Assembly (NCBI RefSeq): GCF_018977255.1
Contig: NW_024704743.1
Location: 59,274,001-59,338,000 of the forward strand
DNA from: Callorhinchus milii
Lineage: Eukaryota
Reading direction: 5' to 3'
Length of the DNA: 64,000 bases
Position 1 is the first letter of the stretch, and each line of letters starts with the position of its first letter. This document shows positions 38,610 to 51,657 of this stretch, piece by piece. Under the pieces are notes generated by a model. That model was given only the letters and a program-made list of their open reading frames with translations. It searched no databases and had not been told where the DNA came from. A program made the translations under genes and the position numbers.

Positions 38610-41483
38610 TCATGTAACAATATTTCAGTTTATTCAAACCAAAATAAAAATGCTGAAAGGTTCCAATTTTAAAATATAAAGTCACTGAAAATAGATCATA
38701 TTATCGCATCCAATTTTTCCCTAGCAAATAATTAACATTTTTTATCAACAGATTGACAATTTTGCTATAGCTCTCCAGGTGCACAAGTGATAATAGTAAG
38801 ATTAAAAAAAACTCAGCAAAACGGTAAAGTGCTGTAATCCAAAAGAGTTAACTCACATAATTGATTTGAAACACAACCAGAAACAGAATAGCACAGGTTC
38901 ACATTAAACATTTAGATGACTTTGCTCGACTTGCATACAATTAAGAACAAAAAAAACAAATACTGGGCTCAAATCAACAATATTCTAAAACAAAAACAGA
39001 GAGATCTGGGAAAACTCAGCAGGTCAGGCAGCATCTATAGAGAAAGGAAAATAAGTCAACGTTTCGGGTGGATCCGAAATGTTGACTCACTTTCCTTTCT
39101 CCATAGATGCTGCCTGACCTGCTGAGGTTTCCCGGCTCTCTCTGGTTTTGTTTCAGATTTCCAGCCTCTGCAGTATTTTGTGTTTTGCAACAACATTCTA
39201 AATTTGCGATGTGTTTGGGGGGAGAAGAAGAGTTGGTTCACAACTTAGTAAAACCACAGCCTCCTATACCCAAAAATATTTATTTTCCCATCAATTTGCC
39301 TATTCTGCAATAACAATGTACAACAAAAAAGTGTCCCACTTGGGATATTTATTTGATTGTAAGATATTCTTGTACCAGGTCTTCATTATGACTTCCAATT
39401 GGAACATCAATCTATGTTAAAGTTTAAACAACATTTCCCACACTTGGCACAGAACAAGATTTTGGAGCGTCTCTGCTGGAATGAGGATCTATGCACAGTG
39501 TGAATTTGGTAACAAAAGGAACCATTCTGCCAAATATAAATTTTAATATAAACATTTTCATACCAAATTTTTTAGAACAATAAAAATATTCTCAGCTCTT
39601 AAATGCATAAAATTGTGTTGTGCATACTCTGATAAATCACACCCACAAAATCAAAAGATAACACACACCCCCACATCAACCCCAAAAATATATAATGGGA
39701 TTCCACAGTCCAATTTAAAATCATTGATCAAGCTTTTCATTAATTCATTTTTTAACATACAGCATGCTCTACATATAATGCACATTTGGGTATTTGGGCC
39801 CCATTTGCAATGTAATTCCATCTTTTAAAACGAAAAGTACATGAAGATCAGTAAAGTTATTGTTTATCTATAAAACACATACTCAAAACTTTACACCTGA
39901 GTTTTGGTCCCAGTCATCAAAGTAAAATTCTGTGCATTGTAAAAAAATTACATGAGATAATTTTGTCTTACAAAATTTCACATTAGTAGAGCATTCCAAA
40001 TCTTATGTATGTAGACATTTTATAATCTATAAATATGCTAATGAAATTCAATTCTTCAGAAAAAAACATAGGATCATTTTTAAGCATAAAAATCTTCAAA
40101 TGTTTTAAAAATATTTCCCCTTTTCCCCCAATTACACAGGAAATGCCAACAGTATTAGAATCAGTATGTTCCACATTAAGCTTGCCTCTGGAACATCAGA
40201 TCAAACACCATAATGCGATTCTGTGATTGTCAGGCAATTTTACTGACCTTTGGAGGTTAAGCATTTCTTACTCTACTTTTGATGGGAAATCCCATTATCA
40301 GCTCATAACCACTCTAGGGCAATTTACAGTGACCAGAGAATCACTCCCTCAAATCAAATGAGCAGTCAGTGACTTCAGAGCAGCTCAATGAGATTTGTAA
40401 TAAGCAGCACATAGACAATGCAGCTTCACTCACAATTGTTTTCTCATTGTATGGGCATTTTAATCTGTAAATAGGGTTTCGAGAAATGCATTTAAAAATG
40501 TCCATGGTCCTCACATAACCTAAGCAGTGCACTTATTGAACGTTCTTCATGACTTTGCATCAGTGGTGCCAATTTCCATCTCAAGACTTTAGATTAACAA
40601 GGTATACAAATGGCTCAAAAAGCATTGTCGACAACTATCACTGTCAATCATTTCCCTTCAATTAACAGTTCATGCAGTGGTGGGCCATACCAATTCTTTC
40701 CAATTCCACAGATACCAATTCTTTCCCACAACTCAATCCCTGACAGGAGACTTAAGTTGAAATAGAAAAACTGCAGTTTGTATAAAATAGCTGGAAGTAG
40801 CAATCCAGAATCATCAATGCCACGTGAGCAGCAGTAAATATATATATACGCATTTCATTTTGATAGTACGCTTTCGTGAGAGAAATAAAATAGGATGGGT
40901 CATATCAGATCCAAACTATATGCATTTCTGCTTAACATAAAAATAGAAATTTCAACTAAATGTTACTATTTTTTTAAAAAACACTCATTATCTGTGCAGT
41001 TGTAATCTGATCAAGGTTTTGAAACTTCAATTATAAAGGAAAGGAATTTCCACCTTAATCCTCCAAATATAACAATTGTTTTTAATCCCAATCTTGTCTG
41101 GATTTTCCCCAAACTATTGATGGTTTTACATCCCCACATAGACATTACATGCAGTAGCAACTAGGACTTCTGTGCTCTTAGATTTTCTGTAAAAAGAGAC
41201 TTAGTGGGTATCTTTCTATTCACGTATCCAGTAGTTTTACAAAACAATACAAGCGGAAATATTCTAATGCAAGACCACCCACATCCCAACCAATTTGTTT
41301 TATTCGTGTGAATCATAAACCTAAAATATATGCCATATGCATTGTAAGGCTAGCATGGTCCAGTGTAACATGTATGAAAATGAATTCCAATGCTCAAATG
41401 CATAATCTTCATCTTCCAGTTATCGATATCATCCAGTTCATTTTTCTTTCAATTCAGAATCTTTTAATCTAAATGATTCTTTC
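38610..41483 (-). other. C1GALT1: Probable ~2.9-kb C1GALT1 3'UTR
   Basis: AT-rich and almost free of repeats; minus-strand AATAAA at 38634-38629 followed by a U/GU-rich tract. Confidence 0.55.
38984..39157. repeat. Palindromic element, ~85-bp arms with a ~4-nt loop
   Basis: GGGAAAACTCAGCAGGTCAGGCAGCATCTATAGAGAAAGGAAA...GTCAACGTTTCGG pairs with CCGAAATGTTGAC...TTTCCTTTCTCCATAGATGCTGCCTGACCTGCTGAGGTTTCCC. Confidence 0.9.
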
Positions 41484-41651
41484 CTAAGAAATAGGTTTTA
41501 TGATTTTTTCGTTGCTTGGCAAAGATTCAGGCCTGAACCTGAACCTGTAGCCATATGGTCGTAGGTGATAGGATATGTACTCCATGAAGTACATGGCTTT
41601 AGAATTAATGTAGTGAAATGAAACGCTCAGATCTGAGCAACATCCAGGACC
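41484..41651 (-). CDS. C1GALT1: C1GALT1 last coding exon: GPGCCSDLSVSFHY...YHLRPYGY...KPIS*
   Basis: ttttgcag acceptor, conserved GPGCCSD and YHLRPYGY motifs, TAG stop; total CDS 1056 nt = 351 aa. Confidence 0.95.
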   Translation of the reverse strand, partial: GPGCCSDLSVSFHYINSKAMYFMEYISYHLRPYGYRFRFRPESLPSNEKIIKPIS

Positions 41652-42843
41652 CTGCAAAAAAGATAGAGTTTCAATCAAAAAGCGGCTCTTACAAGATTGA
41701 GGTTTACCAAATAAACCATTTAAATTGTGGTGCATTTTAATCTTGAATGAGTACATTATGGAAAATTCTTTCTCTTTAAGATCACCCATTTAAATATAAA
41801 TAAATCACCAGTTTCTATTCAGATAACGATTATGATTTAGCTATGTCAGAAGACACAAGCTTGCTACAATTTCAAATTACTTCCTCTTACAAGTACATAG
41901 CTTAGTGTTACAAGTCCGAGTCAGTAACAAGCGGTGCAAGCTAAAATACATTAAGGCATTTTGTGAGCAAGAAACAAGGTGTAATATACAACATGTACAA
42001 TATTCACTTGGACTGCCTGCACCAAAAACATCAAATTAATGAAGTGGAGAAAAACACACAATAATTCCAATCTCAACCACCTGTCAGAATTCCCACAGCA
42101 AATAAAGTAGCTGAACCAAAAGAAGAGACTTGTAAAGACAGGCAATGCAAGATACAGTATTCTATCAGCCTTGCCTTCATACTAGTCACCTAACCCAATG
42201 GAAGGTTTTTTCCTGCCCTTTCCTTTTAATATGTGGTCATTTAAGCCTTTCTACCTGCCTGGTCCTCGTCTCCATGTTTTTTTTTCACCTAGTAAATGTC
42301 GTTTGGAGCAGGGTGTTCCTAAAATGAGAACCAGCTGTGAAAAACCAGGGAGAAGCAAGGTTTGCCTTTTAAAAGCCTATCTTGGAATATCACTTCATCA
42401 CTTTTATTATTATTTTCTTTGCACTGTTCAATCTCAGTATTATCAATCAGGTTTAACTGCAACGTGGCCCTTGAGCTTCTCAGGAGCATGAAATTGTCCT
42501 ACGATTTATATTCTTTAGAACTTGTGTCAGCTTTCAACCTTTATAAGCTTAAAGAGATATCGTTTTCTTCATGTTTTGTTCACGACTGTACAATGGGAAA
42601 TGAACATTGAAGAAACCTGAACAGAGAATAGTTACATGAATTATAAACAAATAAAACTATGTCTAGAAGATGAAAGGGGAGCGGAATGAAGATGAAAGCC
42701 GTTTTGTTAAGCACAAATGGCATAATTAAAACTGAATTGAACAAAGAACATTTCAAACCTTAGGCAGTATATTACACAATGGAGTTTTGACAACACACGG
42801 ACAAAGGCAAACCTTACCTCGCCCTGACTTTTCACAACTGGTT

Positions 42844-43255
42844 AGAATCATAGAATTATAGAATATTACTGCATAGAAGGAGGCCATTCGGCCCATCCTG
42901 CCTATGCCAGCTCTTTGAAAGAGCTATCCAACTAGTACCACTCCCTCATTCTTACCCCATAACCCTGCATTTTTTTCCTTTTTAAGTACATATCCAATTC
43001 CCTTTTGAAAGCTACTATCGAAACTGCTTCCACCAATCTTTCAGGCAGTGCATTCCAGATCCTAACAACTCTCTGGATAAAAAATACTCCTTGTATCCCC
43101 TCTGGTTCTTTTGCCAATTACCTTAAATCTGTGTCCTCTGGTTTACGTGCCAGGAAACAAAACCCCAACATACTCTATCAAAACTCCTCATAATTTTGAA
43201 CACCTCTATTAAATCTCCCCTTAACCTACTGTACTCTAAGGAGAACAACCCCAGG
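42844..43255 (-). mobile_element. CR1 3' end fragment
   Basis: LFSLE..RLRGDLIEVFKIM, FFIQRVVRIWNALP; (TTCTATRA)n-like tail. Confidence 0.85.
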
Positions 43256-43340
43256 TGCTTCAAAAGACGTTTAGTAGGTGAAAAGGGAGCATAGAGACGA
43301 GGACCAGGCAGGTAGAAAGGCTTAAATGGCCACACATTTG

Positions 43341-43650
43341 CCTTCAAAGCCCTCCACAGCCTTGCTCCTTCCTACTTCTATGACTTTCTAACCCCATATC
43401 AACCTGTCCACTCCCTCCGCTCCACTGGGATGTCCCCCATCGGTGGTTGGTCTTTCAACCTTTCTGCTCCCACCCTTTGGAATTCTATTCCATAGACTTG
43501 TTCCCTCCCTTGTCTCCTTCAAGGCACGTCTCACGACCTTACTCTTCGACCGTGCCTTCGGCCAGCCTCCTGCCCCTACAGTCCAAACCCGAGTGTCTTG
43601 GGAAGCCCTGCCAACGTGAAGGGCGCTATACAAATGTAATTTGTTGTTGT
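43341..43650 (+). mobile_element. L2 3' end fragment
   Basis: Matches the other L2 tails (GTGAAGGGCGCTATACAAATGTAATTTGTTGTTG). Confidence 0.8.
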
Positions 43651-44098
43651 ATAAAAAGGAAAGGCAGGGAAAAGGAAAAAAAAGGTTCCATTAGGTAAGT
43701 GTCCAATTACTCTATCTGCCCATGGAATGGAGTAACACATAGATTCACATAGACCACGGAAATAGGCCATTCAGCCAACCAGTTCATGCTAGTGCTTTTA
43801 CTCCACATGAATCTCCACCAACTCCTTTCTCCCTCCAATACTTTTTTTGATGTCTCCAAGCATCAATGGCTTCAGCTGTAGACTTCTTTTCAGATATGAA
43901 CACGGTTCAATGTGCAGCTGTAATTTAACTATTGCAAGCTGCATACAAATAGGGTTTTACACAGGTTAGTTTTAGGCAAATTGTGCAATCGCTAATAGTT
44001 CAAGGATGAGATATACACACACACACACAGACACACAGATGACAAGCCCACAGCAGAGAGGAGTCTAGAAGTACAGTTACTTATATTTAATACATTAC

Positions 44099-44766
44099 CT
44101 CCACAGCAGGATAGTAGCAGTACCTCCAGTACCAGAAGGTTTTAGGCAGGTAGGTTATCGTTAAATGATGCTCTGGTGGGAATGGATGAAATGTTTCTCT
44201 TTGAAGTGTATCCCTGGAATCACCAGCTTCTACTTGAACAGCCTCCATACATTTCCCAATGGCTACATCTTCAACAGATGTAAAATGCTTGCACTTCCCT
44301 GTCTTAAATGCATCCACAAATCTTTTCAATGATTCCTTGCTCAGCACATACCCAGCACCCCCACTCATGTAACCTTGTTTAACATATGGCTTAAATCTTC
44401 TTCCAAAGTAGATAGGCTGGTCAGGAGAGTACCTTGAGAGCAACCATCGCAGATTATCAACAATAGTGTATGTATCGTCGTCTGCTTTCATAAACCAATC
44501 GGCATCATCAAAGTGATGTTCATGAACATACTGAAAAGCTTTGATAGTTTTCCAGAACAGTTGGTCCCTGCCTTCTTTAACATCCAGCCCCACTGCAGGG
44601 AAATCTTTGTTTTCTTCCGAGCTCATGAAAAGCAGGATGTTACACCTTTTGCCCCAAGTGGCTTTGATGTGTGCAGCCTTTGTGGCTAGATTCTGGGGCC
44701 CTGTCATCACCCAGCACAGGATTCGCACTTTCTTATACAAATCATCAGCAACACTTTGGTTTTCAT
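44099..44766 (-). CDS. C1GALT1: C1GALT1 catalytic exon (668 bp), GT31 family
   Basis: [23 protein letters not shown] (DxD), [29 protein letters not shown]; cccag acceptor, GAG|gtaatg donor. Confidence 0.97.
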
Positions 44767-47700
44767 CTGGGCACATTAAGAAAAGATAAAGTTAATATTC
44801 TGTCAACAATTAAAGTATAATCTGAAGCAGCAGAGTGCAGAAGAGATTTTTTAAGTCAGCCAGGTGACTGACACAAATCACCATTCTTAAAAGTATCCAA
44901 ACCAGATTTCTACATTTCCGCATATGCATAACATTTCCTTGTATTAGTTTGTGTAGCTAGGAACATTCTACTCCTAGCTTGCTAAGAGGCTTGGCTTGTA
45001 GGGTTAATAGGAACAGAGTGGGAAGAATTCCTGCTCCAGGTTGCTCCTCCAAATCCTGTCAGTGAGACAGGCAGTGGTTTGGAGTACTGTGGACCCAGTT
45101 GGCTCTGAAACAAGACTACTGAGACCGCCGCAGTAGGTTGAGTTGATTCATACGTTCCATTGCCAAGCACATCATCCTAAAGACAGCTCAATTCCAAGAG
45201 GACTCAGCTTACAAGGAGGATAATCACTAATTGCTCATTTGACATTGTATAAGCACAGGTTTGAGCCCTAACTAGATGGGTGGCAAGTACCAGGAACAAC
45301 ACCCATGAGCTTCCTGATAAGCAGCACAGCTCAGCAAGAATTGTATGAGAGCATTGCTATCATCTTGCTGCCACAGCTCTGACACACATCCCTACCCACT
45401 GAGCGATGGTTCAACCAGTTGTAAGTGCAGAGCTTCAGCACCAGTTGCTTCCATCTCTACATTACAATCAAGGTGGACACAAGAAGAGGTAAGGTAAAAA
45501 GATAGAGAAGATAAAATGGTTAATATTGTGTCAATAATTAAAACATAAAACATTATCTGAAACAATCTGACTACAGTATAAGATACCCACATTACAAATA
45601 TACTTGAAATAACTGTTTACCCTGACACCTTCAGCTAACATACTTCTGACCTAAAGAGCACAAAACAGAGGAAGGGTAAACAACTTTACTGCAGCAAATG
45701 CAGACATTCTTAAAATATCTGTAAATGTCATTCAGGTTTCCTCCCAATTGTCCAGCTTCTCTCCTCCACACACAAGTATTTTGCACCAACTAAGAAGGAG
45801 ACAATAGTCCGAATCAGTTGTTTCACTGGTTAGGACCTGTAAGATGGATTGGACCTGACTGTGCCTCGTTTCTGGATGTAGAAAGCCAACATTTGCATAA
45901 CCACCACCACCAAGAACTTGCATTTATATAGCGCCCTTCATGTCTGGTAGCGTCTCGGGAGCACTAAACAAGTGGTGGAATCTGGCAACGAGCCGGGGTA
46001 GAGGGAGGGGGAGGTGACCGTAAGCTCAATCAAAAAGGAAGGTTTTTGGCAGAAATTCAAAGGTGTGGAGTGGTTGAGGGAGTGTTCCGGAGTTTCGGGG
46101 CATAGTGGCTGAAGGCATGGCCACCTGTTGAAGTGCAGACAGTACACATAATGTGAGCCAAGTTTCAGTTACCTTCAACACTGAATTATTCAAAATCAAA
46201 CTAATCAGCTTTGGTTCTGCCCAGGTATTTCATGCTGCAGAGTGAACAGTGCAGTTATGCTCTAATGCACAACTCAGCACTACCTGGACACGTAAATTTG
46301 AGTTAAAAGGAAGTGGAGGCAATTTGTCTGTGGCAGATTGCCAGTGTAAATAAATGCTTGTTTAGGAGTAGAAGATCACGTATCAATTACTGTTTCTGGA
46401 AGATTCTATAGAAAAGGATGACATGGATCAGAGATCAGAGGTTCCTTTTTCAATCTGATTATATCGGATCATTTCACTGAGACTCAAATGTGAACTGTCT
46501 GTCACAATTGTCGACCGTACGGGTAGAAAGTACCCTCCTCAATTAAAAAAGACAAAGTGAAATTCTTCAATGTATGTAAAATCAATGCACTGTAAACAGT
46601 TGCAGTTTTAAACTAACCGCAACAACAACAACTTAGATTTATGTAGTGCCCTCCACGCCAGACGGTGTCTCAGAGCGCTTCACAGTAACGGATCCTGGTT
46701 AACAAATGGATTTTGTTGGAAATCTCCTCCCTCACATATAAAAATAAATTTTAATATTGTATCATGGATAGGTAAAGAGTAGACACCTTCACCAGTTCTA
46801 GGATGCTACCCTACACGAGGGGTGCTTTATAAATGTAAGTTGTTGTTATAATTGTAGAGACAGGGAGGCAGACTGATCGTTTTCTCCACTAATATAAGGA
46901 TTGTGAAGGCAAGCTTTAAGGTACTGATTTCCTTGTGATTCTCATTTTTTAAAATTGTTTATCCGCCACACAGGATATGTTTTCCAAATTGGTGGGGGAG
47001 GGAGGAAATCTGTCACTGACCCTACAAAGCTTTGTTTGTGGTTGCTACACAAGATATGCCATTCCTTCTCCCACCTTCACCTATACTGGTATATTGAACC
47101 TCAGAGCAGCTGCCTTCTTCAGTTTTATGAGAAAATGACAGCAATTATGCACGTAAAGATTGTCCAAGGACAAAAGATAGAACAATTTTAAGTGAAGAAT
47201 GAATATTCTTTTAAGAATAAGGATCGTGAGAAAGGTAACCCAACATTTGTCCTACCACAATACATACAAAGTATTTTCAGTAACAGAAAACGTGATCAAC
47301 TGTGGCTCATGGCCACTTTAAAACACAGAGTACCACAGCTCTTGATGCTCAGATTAATGCAATAATATTTAGTGAAAGGATCCGGTCACACTATCTAACT
47401 TCTGGAGTATACAGGAACCATATATTCTGTTAAGAGGGTGGAGCATCTGAGCTTGAGACTAATCTTTGTCTAGTCATCTGAAACAAACCTCCTCAGAAAT
47501 TGATTCTACGATTCCAGTTATTATTTCTCCAGATTGAAGAATCTCATGCACAGAATATTGAGGTGCTTCTGCACTGCACTCTGATTTTCCTGTGTTCCCT
47601 TTGAAAAATGTGCAATCACCCTGAAGTACAGAAATCCTAGGAAAGCCATGTATTCTTCCACCATTGAGAAACCTTTGGAATATTTTAGTGTTGACACGAG

Positions 47701-50120
47701 CTGAGGGAACACTGAACTATATAAAACTAAACTATTCTTTAATTTAGTGCCTTATCATGCTGAAATTTCTCAAAGTGTTTCACAAAACTAGTAGTTTTTT
47801 TGACTTGCAGTACTGTTAAGTATGCCAGCACAGCGGCTAATCTCCACCGCCTCCCTAATTGACCTGGGAGCTATGTGTCTGATACTGAGAAATTAATACG
47901 AATATGAAAATAGCAGTGCTCAACCTACACTCCTTGTGGAATCCTGCATTATATTGGTTAGAGCACTCATCTCACACTTCAAAGGGTTTGATTCCCAATC
48001 TAGTGTTGCATATAGTCCTCAAAGCCACAAACAGGAGATAGCATTTCAACGTGGTGCACTGGATGCGGCTGGGGGGATCAACTATTTCCAAAAATGATGT
48101 AACACTCATCGGAACAATCTAGAAACAAAATTACATTTAGAAAATAATCTATATTTATCCAAGCATGACTAGAATATTTTGCTGGCTTCCAATGGAATGA
48201 TTAACCAACGGGAACAGGTACGGTGGGAAAGCAATAATAAAAATAATCCATGCATTTGATATTGTGTATTGTCATGTAATCAAGATATCTCAAAGCACTT
48301 CACATGATTTTTTATGTGAAGTATAATAACTGTTCATTTGTAGGTGAACAAAGCAGCCATTTTGCACATAGCAATGTCCCACAAATAGCCATGAATTGAG
48401 TGGTGAATTTTATTTGGGAGATTTGTGACTAGGACATTGAGAGAAACTCTATTAATTTTTTTTGACTTGTACCAACATCCACCTGAACAGGCAGACAGGG
48501 TCTCGGTTTAACATCTCATTCGAAACACCGTATTTCTAACAATGCAGCACAGACCCCCAGCATTGTATTGGAGTGTCATCTTAGACTGCAAGTTCAAAGT
48601 TCCGAGATTAAAAGGGCAATATTGAGCCAAATTATTGGGGTAATCCTCCCACTTTATAAATCACTGGCACGACTGTATTTGGAATATTGTGTGTAGTTCT
48701 GTTCACCGCATTCCCTGCTGGTCCTGGCCTGACACAGCTCATGCCCTTTAACTTTGGAGTGATTGCATATGATCCCGGTTGCCCCCTTCACTAGCATTGG
48801 AGCTGAACACCAAATTTCAGATCCTTGTTCTTACTTCAAATGGAGTTGGGGAGGGTGAGAAGAGGAGAGTTAAGAGGAGGTCTTGCCCCACCCTACATCT
48901 GCAAACCCCTGAGACCCTTATCCCCCAGCCACTCCCTCCACTCTGGTCTGCTTCATGCCCCCGCCACTCCACCTCATCATCGCCAGGCAAGATTTCAACC
49001 ATTTTTCCCCATCACCTTCTGGAACTCGCTTCTGAAGTCACTTTGCCTCAAGCTTTCTCCCCCCCCCCACCCCATCTCAGACTCCCACTCATCTCTGTCA
49101 AGTACTTTGAGATGCTCTACTTCATAAAAGGCAAAATTTTCAATGTAAGTTGTTGTTGAGGAAACAATTGCAGCATCTCACTTCTTTAAATTGCCAGCAA
49201 AACATTTGTATTTTTCCTCTTCAACTGTGCTTACGTTCACCTTCCCCCGCCACCCCCACACCCCGGCTCAGAGTTAGGCTCCACCACTCTTAAGCACTCT
49301 GAGACACTGGCCTGCTTGGAGGGCGCTATATAAGTGCAATTTGTTGTTGTTATTGTATTTAACTGCTTATGGGCTAATACCACTGAATGAGTCCTGTCTG
49401 AATCTCAGTGTAGTGATCAAGCACAACAAAGCAGCTATAATATGGTATTTGTGTGCACTAACTAATTAAGAAGTGTATAAAGCAGCACTGGCGCCTATGC
49501 AGTCTTCACAGATCTTATAGAGGAGCTCGACAGACTGAGTTGACCAGGTTTCTGGAAATTTACAGTTATGTTCAGCCATCTGGAGACCTTCATAAATATT
49601 TTAAGAAAGTAGAATGGCACTATAGTATTCAGAGAGATTGCCTAGATTGGCGGCGGTCTCAACTGTTCAGCATTTCCAAATGAGTCAAGCAAGGTTTCAT
49701 CTTGGCACTGAGTCTTTTTGGCTTGCTTTTCAGCAGTGCTGGAGGAAGTAACCAGACCTACCAGAGAGTGTGTGTGTGTGTGTGTGTAAGAGTTTCCAAA
49801 ATGGTAAATTATTCAACATTGTGATTACGATCGACAAAGGAGTTAGAAGCATTCACACAGAAACTCGAGTTTACTGATAGCTTAGCCATCAGGACCTCTA
49901 TTGAAACTGATTTCCAGAGGAATACTGACAGATTTTTGTAGTCTGACTGTTAGCTTAGTGAAGTGTACCATCCATCTCCTTACATTCAGCCAGCTCTCTA
50001 TATCAAAGGAGACACCAGGAGACTCATCAAACAAATGACCTACCCTGGCAGAGGACTATAAAACAACACATTGTTTCAACCAGTGGGTATTGAACTGAAT
50101 GAGGAAAGTAAGCTCAGCAC

Positions 50121-50183
50121 TGATAATATATAATATTATATATAATGTGGATGATAATATATAATATTATATATAATGTGGAT
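50121..50183. repeat. 31-bp AT-rich tandem duplication
   Basis: TGATAATATATAATATTATATATAATGTGGA x2. Confidence 0.85.
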
Positions 50184-50803
50184 GCAGCAGAGTTTGTTGC
50201 AGATTACGATAATGTGCAGTAATAATCTCCAACCTACTCTACAGAGCAAAAAAAAGGACCTGGGTTGTACAACAGAAAGATTTTTTAGCACTGTACCATC
50301 TTGAAATGCCTTAAGATGGTAATTACTGTGTAAGTAGTTGCTGTCAAGTGCGGTGACCANTTTTTGGCAAACACAACAGCAATTTGTGCCAGCAATGACT
50401 AATGTATGACCATAGATGAATGAATAACCAAACAACCTGGACGACTATTAGCAAGGACGCTAGGAGAAAATGCCTCGTCTTTTTAAATGGCATTCAAGAA
50501 GCAGACAAGACCTCGGTTTAACATTGGCTGAAAGGTCATATCTCCAGCAATGCAAAGCTCCTCCAATGCTACACTGGAGTATCAGCCTGGACTGTGAGCT
50601 AAAGCTTGATGTGAGGCTTGGACTGTGAGCTAAAGCCTGGTGTGAGACTTGAACCTTCTTACTCAGAGGTGAAGATTCTTACCAACAGAGCCAGGTTGAC
50701 ACATAAGACGGCACACTTAGACTAAATTGAGTAAACTATCCATGATCTTAGTATCATACATTATACAGTTTTTCCATAGTATTATATAAGATTTGAAAGA
50801 TAC

Positions 50804-51023
50804 CTTTATGCTGACTGAGGTCAGCATCAAAATTCATCTCTCCATGAAGATCGTGATGATTGTCTTCTAAATGGCCGTGGGGGTCATTGTAGACCAGGTG
50901 ACTGTGCTGGGGAGGTTTCATATTTATTAAACTAATAGCCAGATGACAGAAGACAAAACCTATTCCCAGTCCACAAACAAACAGGAGCAGAGAAGTCAGA
51001 GATCTCGGCAGTGCCATTCCCAT
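50804..51023 (-). CDS. C1GALT1: C1GALT1 first coding exon (220 nt of CDS): cytoplasmic tail, transmembrane helix and stem
   Basis: MGMALPRSLTSLLLFVCGLGIGFVFCHL...NDPH...GEMNFDADLSQHK; acceptor ccctag before 51034; G|gtatct donor; a second in-frame ATG at 51017 has the better Kozak context. Confidence 0.92.
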
Positions 51024-51343
51024 GGAGCAGTATGCTAGGGAAATGGAGAACACAAACGTATTATGATAGCAGACTATTGATACCAACATGGAGGATTGAC
51101 TCAATTCTGACATTCCATTATCAAGCATATCACCTTGGAGCTAGTTCAGGTCCAAGAAGACCCCACTTCCCTTCCTCTCCAAGGATAGTCTACAATACAA
51201 GGTGCCCATTGGGACATGCCTTCGTTCAGCACAGGACACTAAATCAACTATGAATCTATGCTATGCAGCAAATGCAGTAAACCCAGCTTCTAGTGCTGCC
51301 TAGACAGCTTCTTGACCTAAAAATAGCCATGAGTTTCCACTTA

Positions 51344-51657
51344 TAATAATAATAATCCTTGCATTTGATATAGCGCTTTTCACGTCTTCTCGACGTCTCA
51401 AAGCACTTCACAGAATAGACTGTAAAGTGAATTGATCATATATTTGTGAGCGAAACGCAGGAGCCAATTGCGCACAGCAGTGTCCCACAAACAGTCTTGG
51501 ATTGAAAATGACCAATTTATTATTGTTTTGTTTTGGAGGGATTATTATTAGGCGTGTGGAGTAAGGAAACTTGGCCAAGGTTTCGCCCTGCAAGGACTCA
51601 AACCCAGGTGTCTCGCTTGCAAGGCAAGCGTTCTAACCACTGAGCTACAGGACTCCA
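51344..51657 (-). mobile_element. tRNA-derived SINE, full length
   Basis: Same family on the reverse strand. Confidence 0.9.

Larger units (their letters stand above)
42185..43705. mobile_element. Fold-back/long-TIR non-autonomous element whose right arm is split by CR1 and L2 insertions
   Basis: Left arm 42185-42370 matches the reverse complement of 43651-43705, 43256-43335 and 42803-42843 in collinear order. Confidence 0.65.

Noticed and set aside
50360..50360. Single N base
   Set aside because: Assembly ambiguity or gap marker, not biology; local contiguity may be imperfect.
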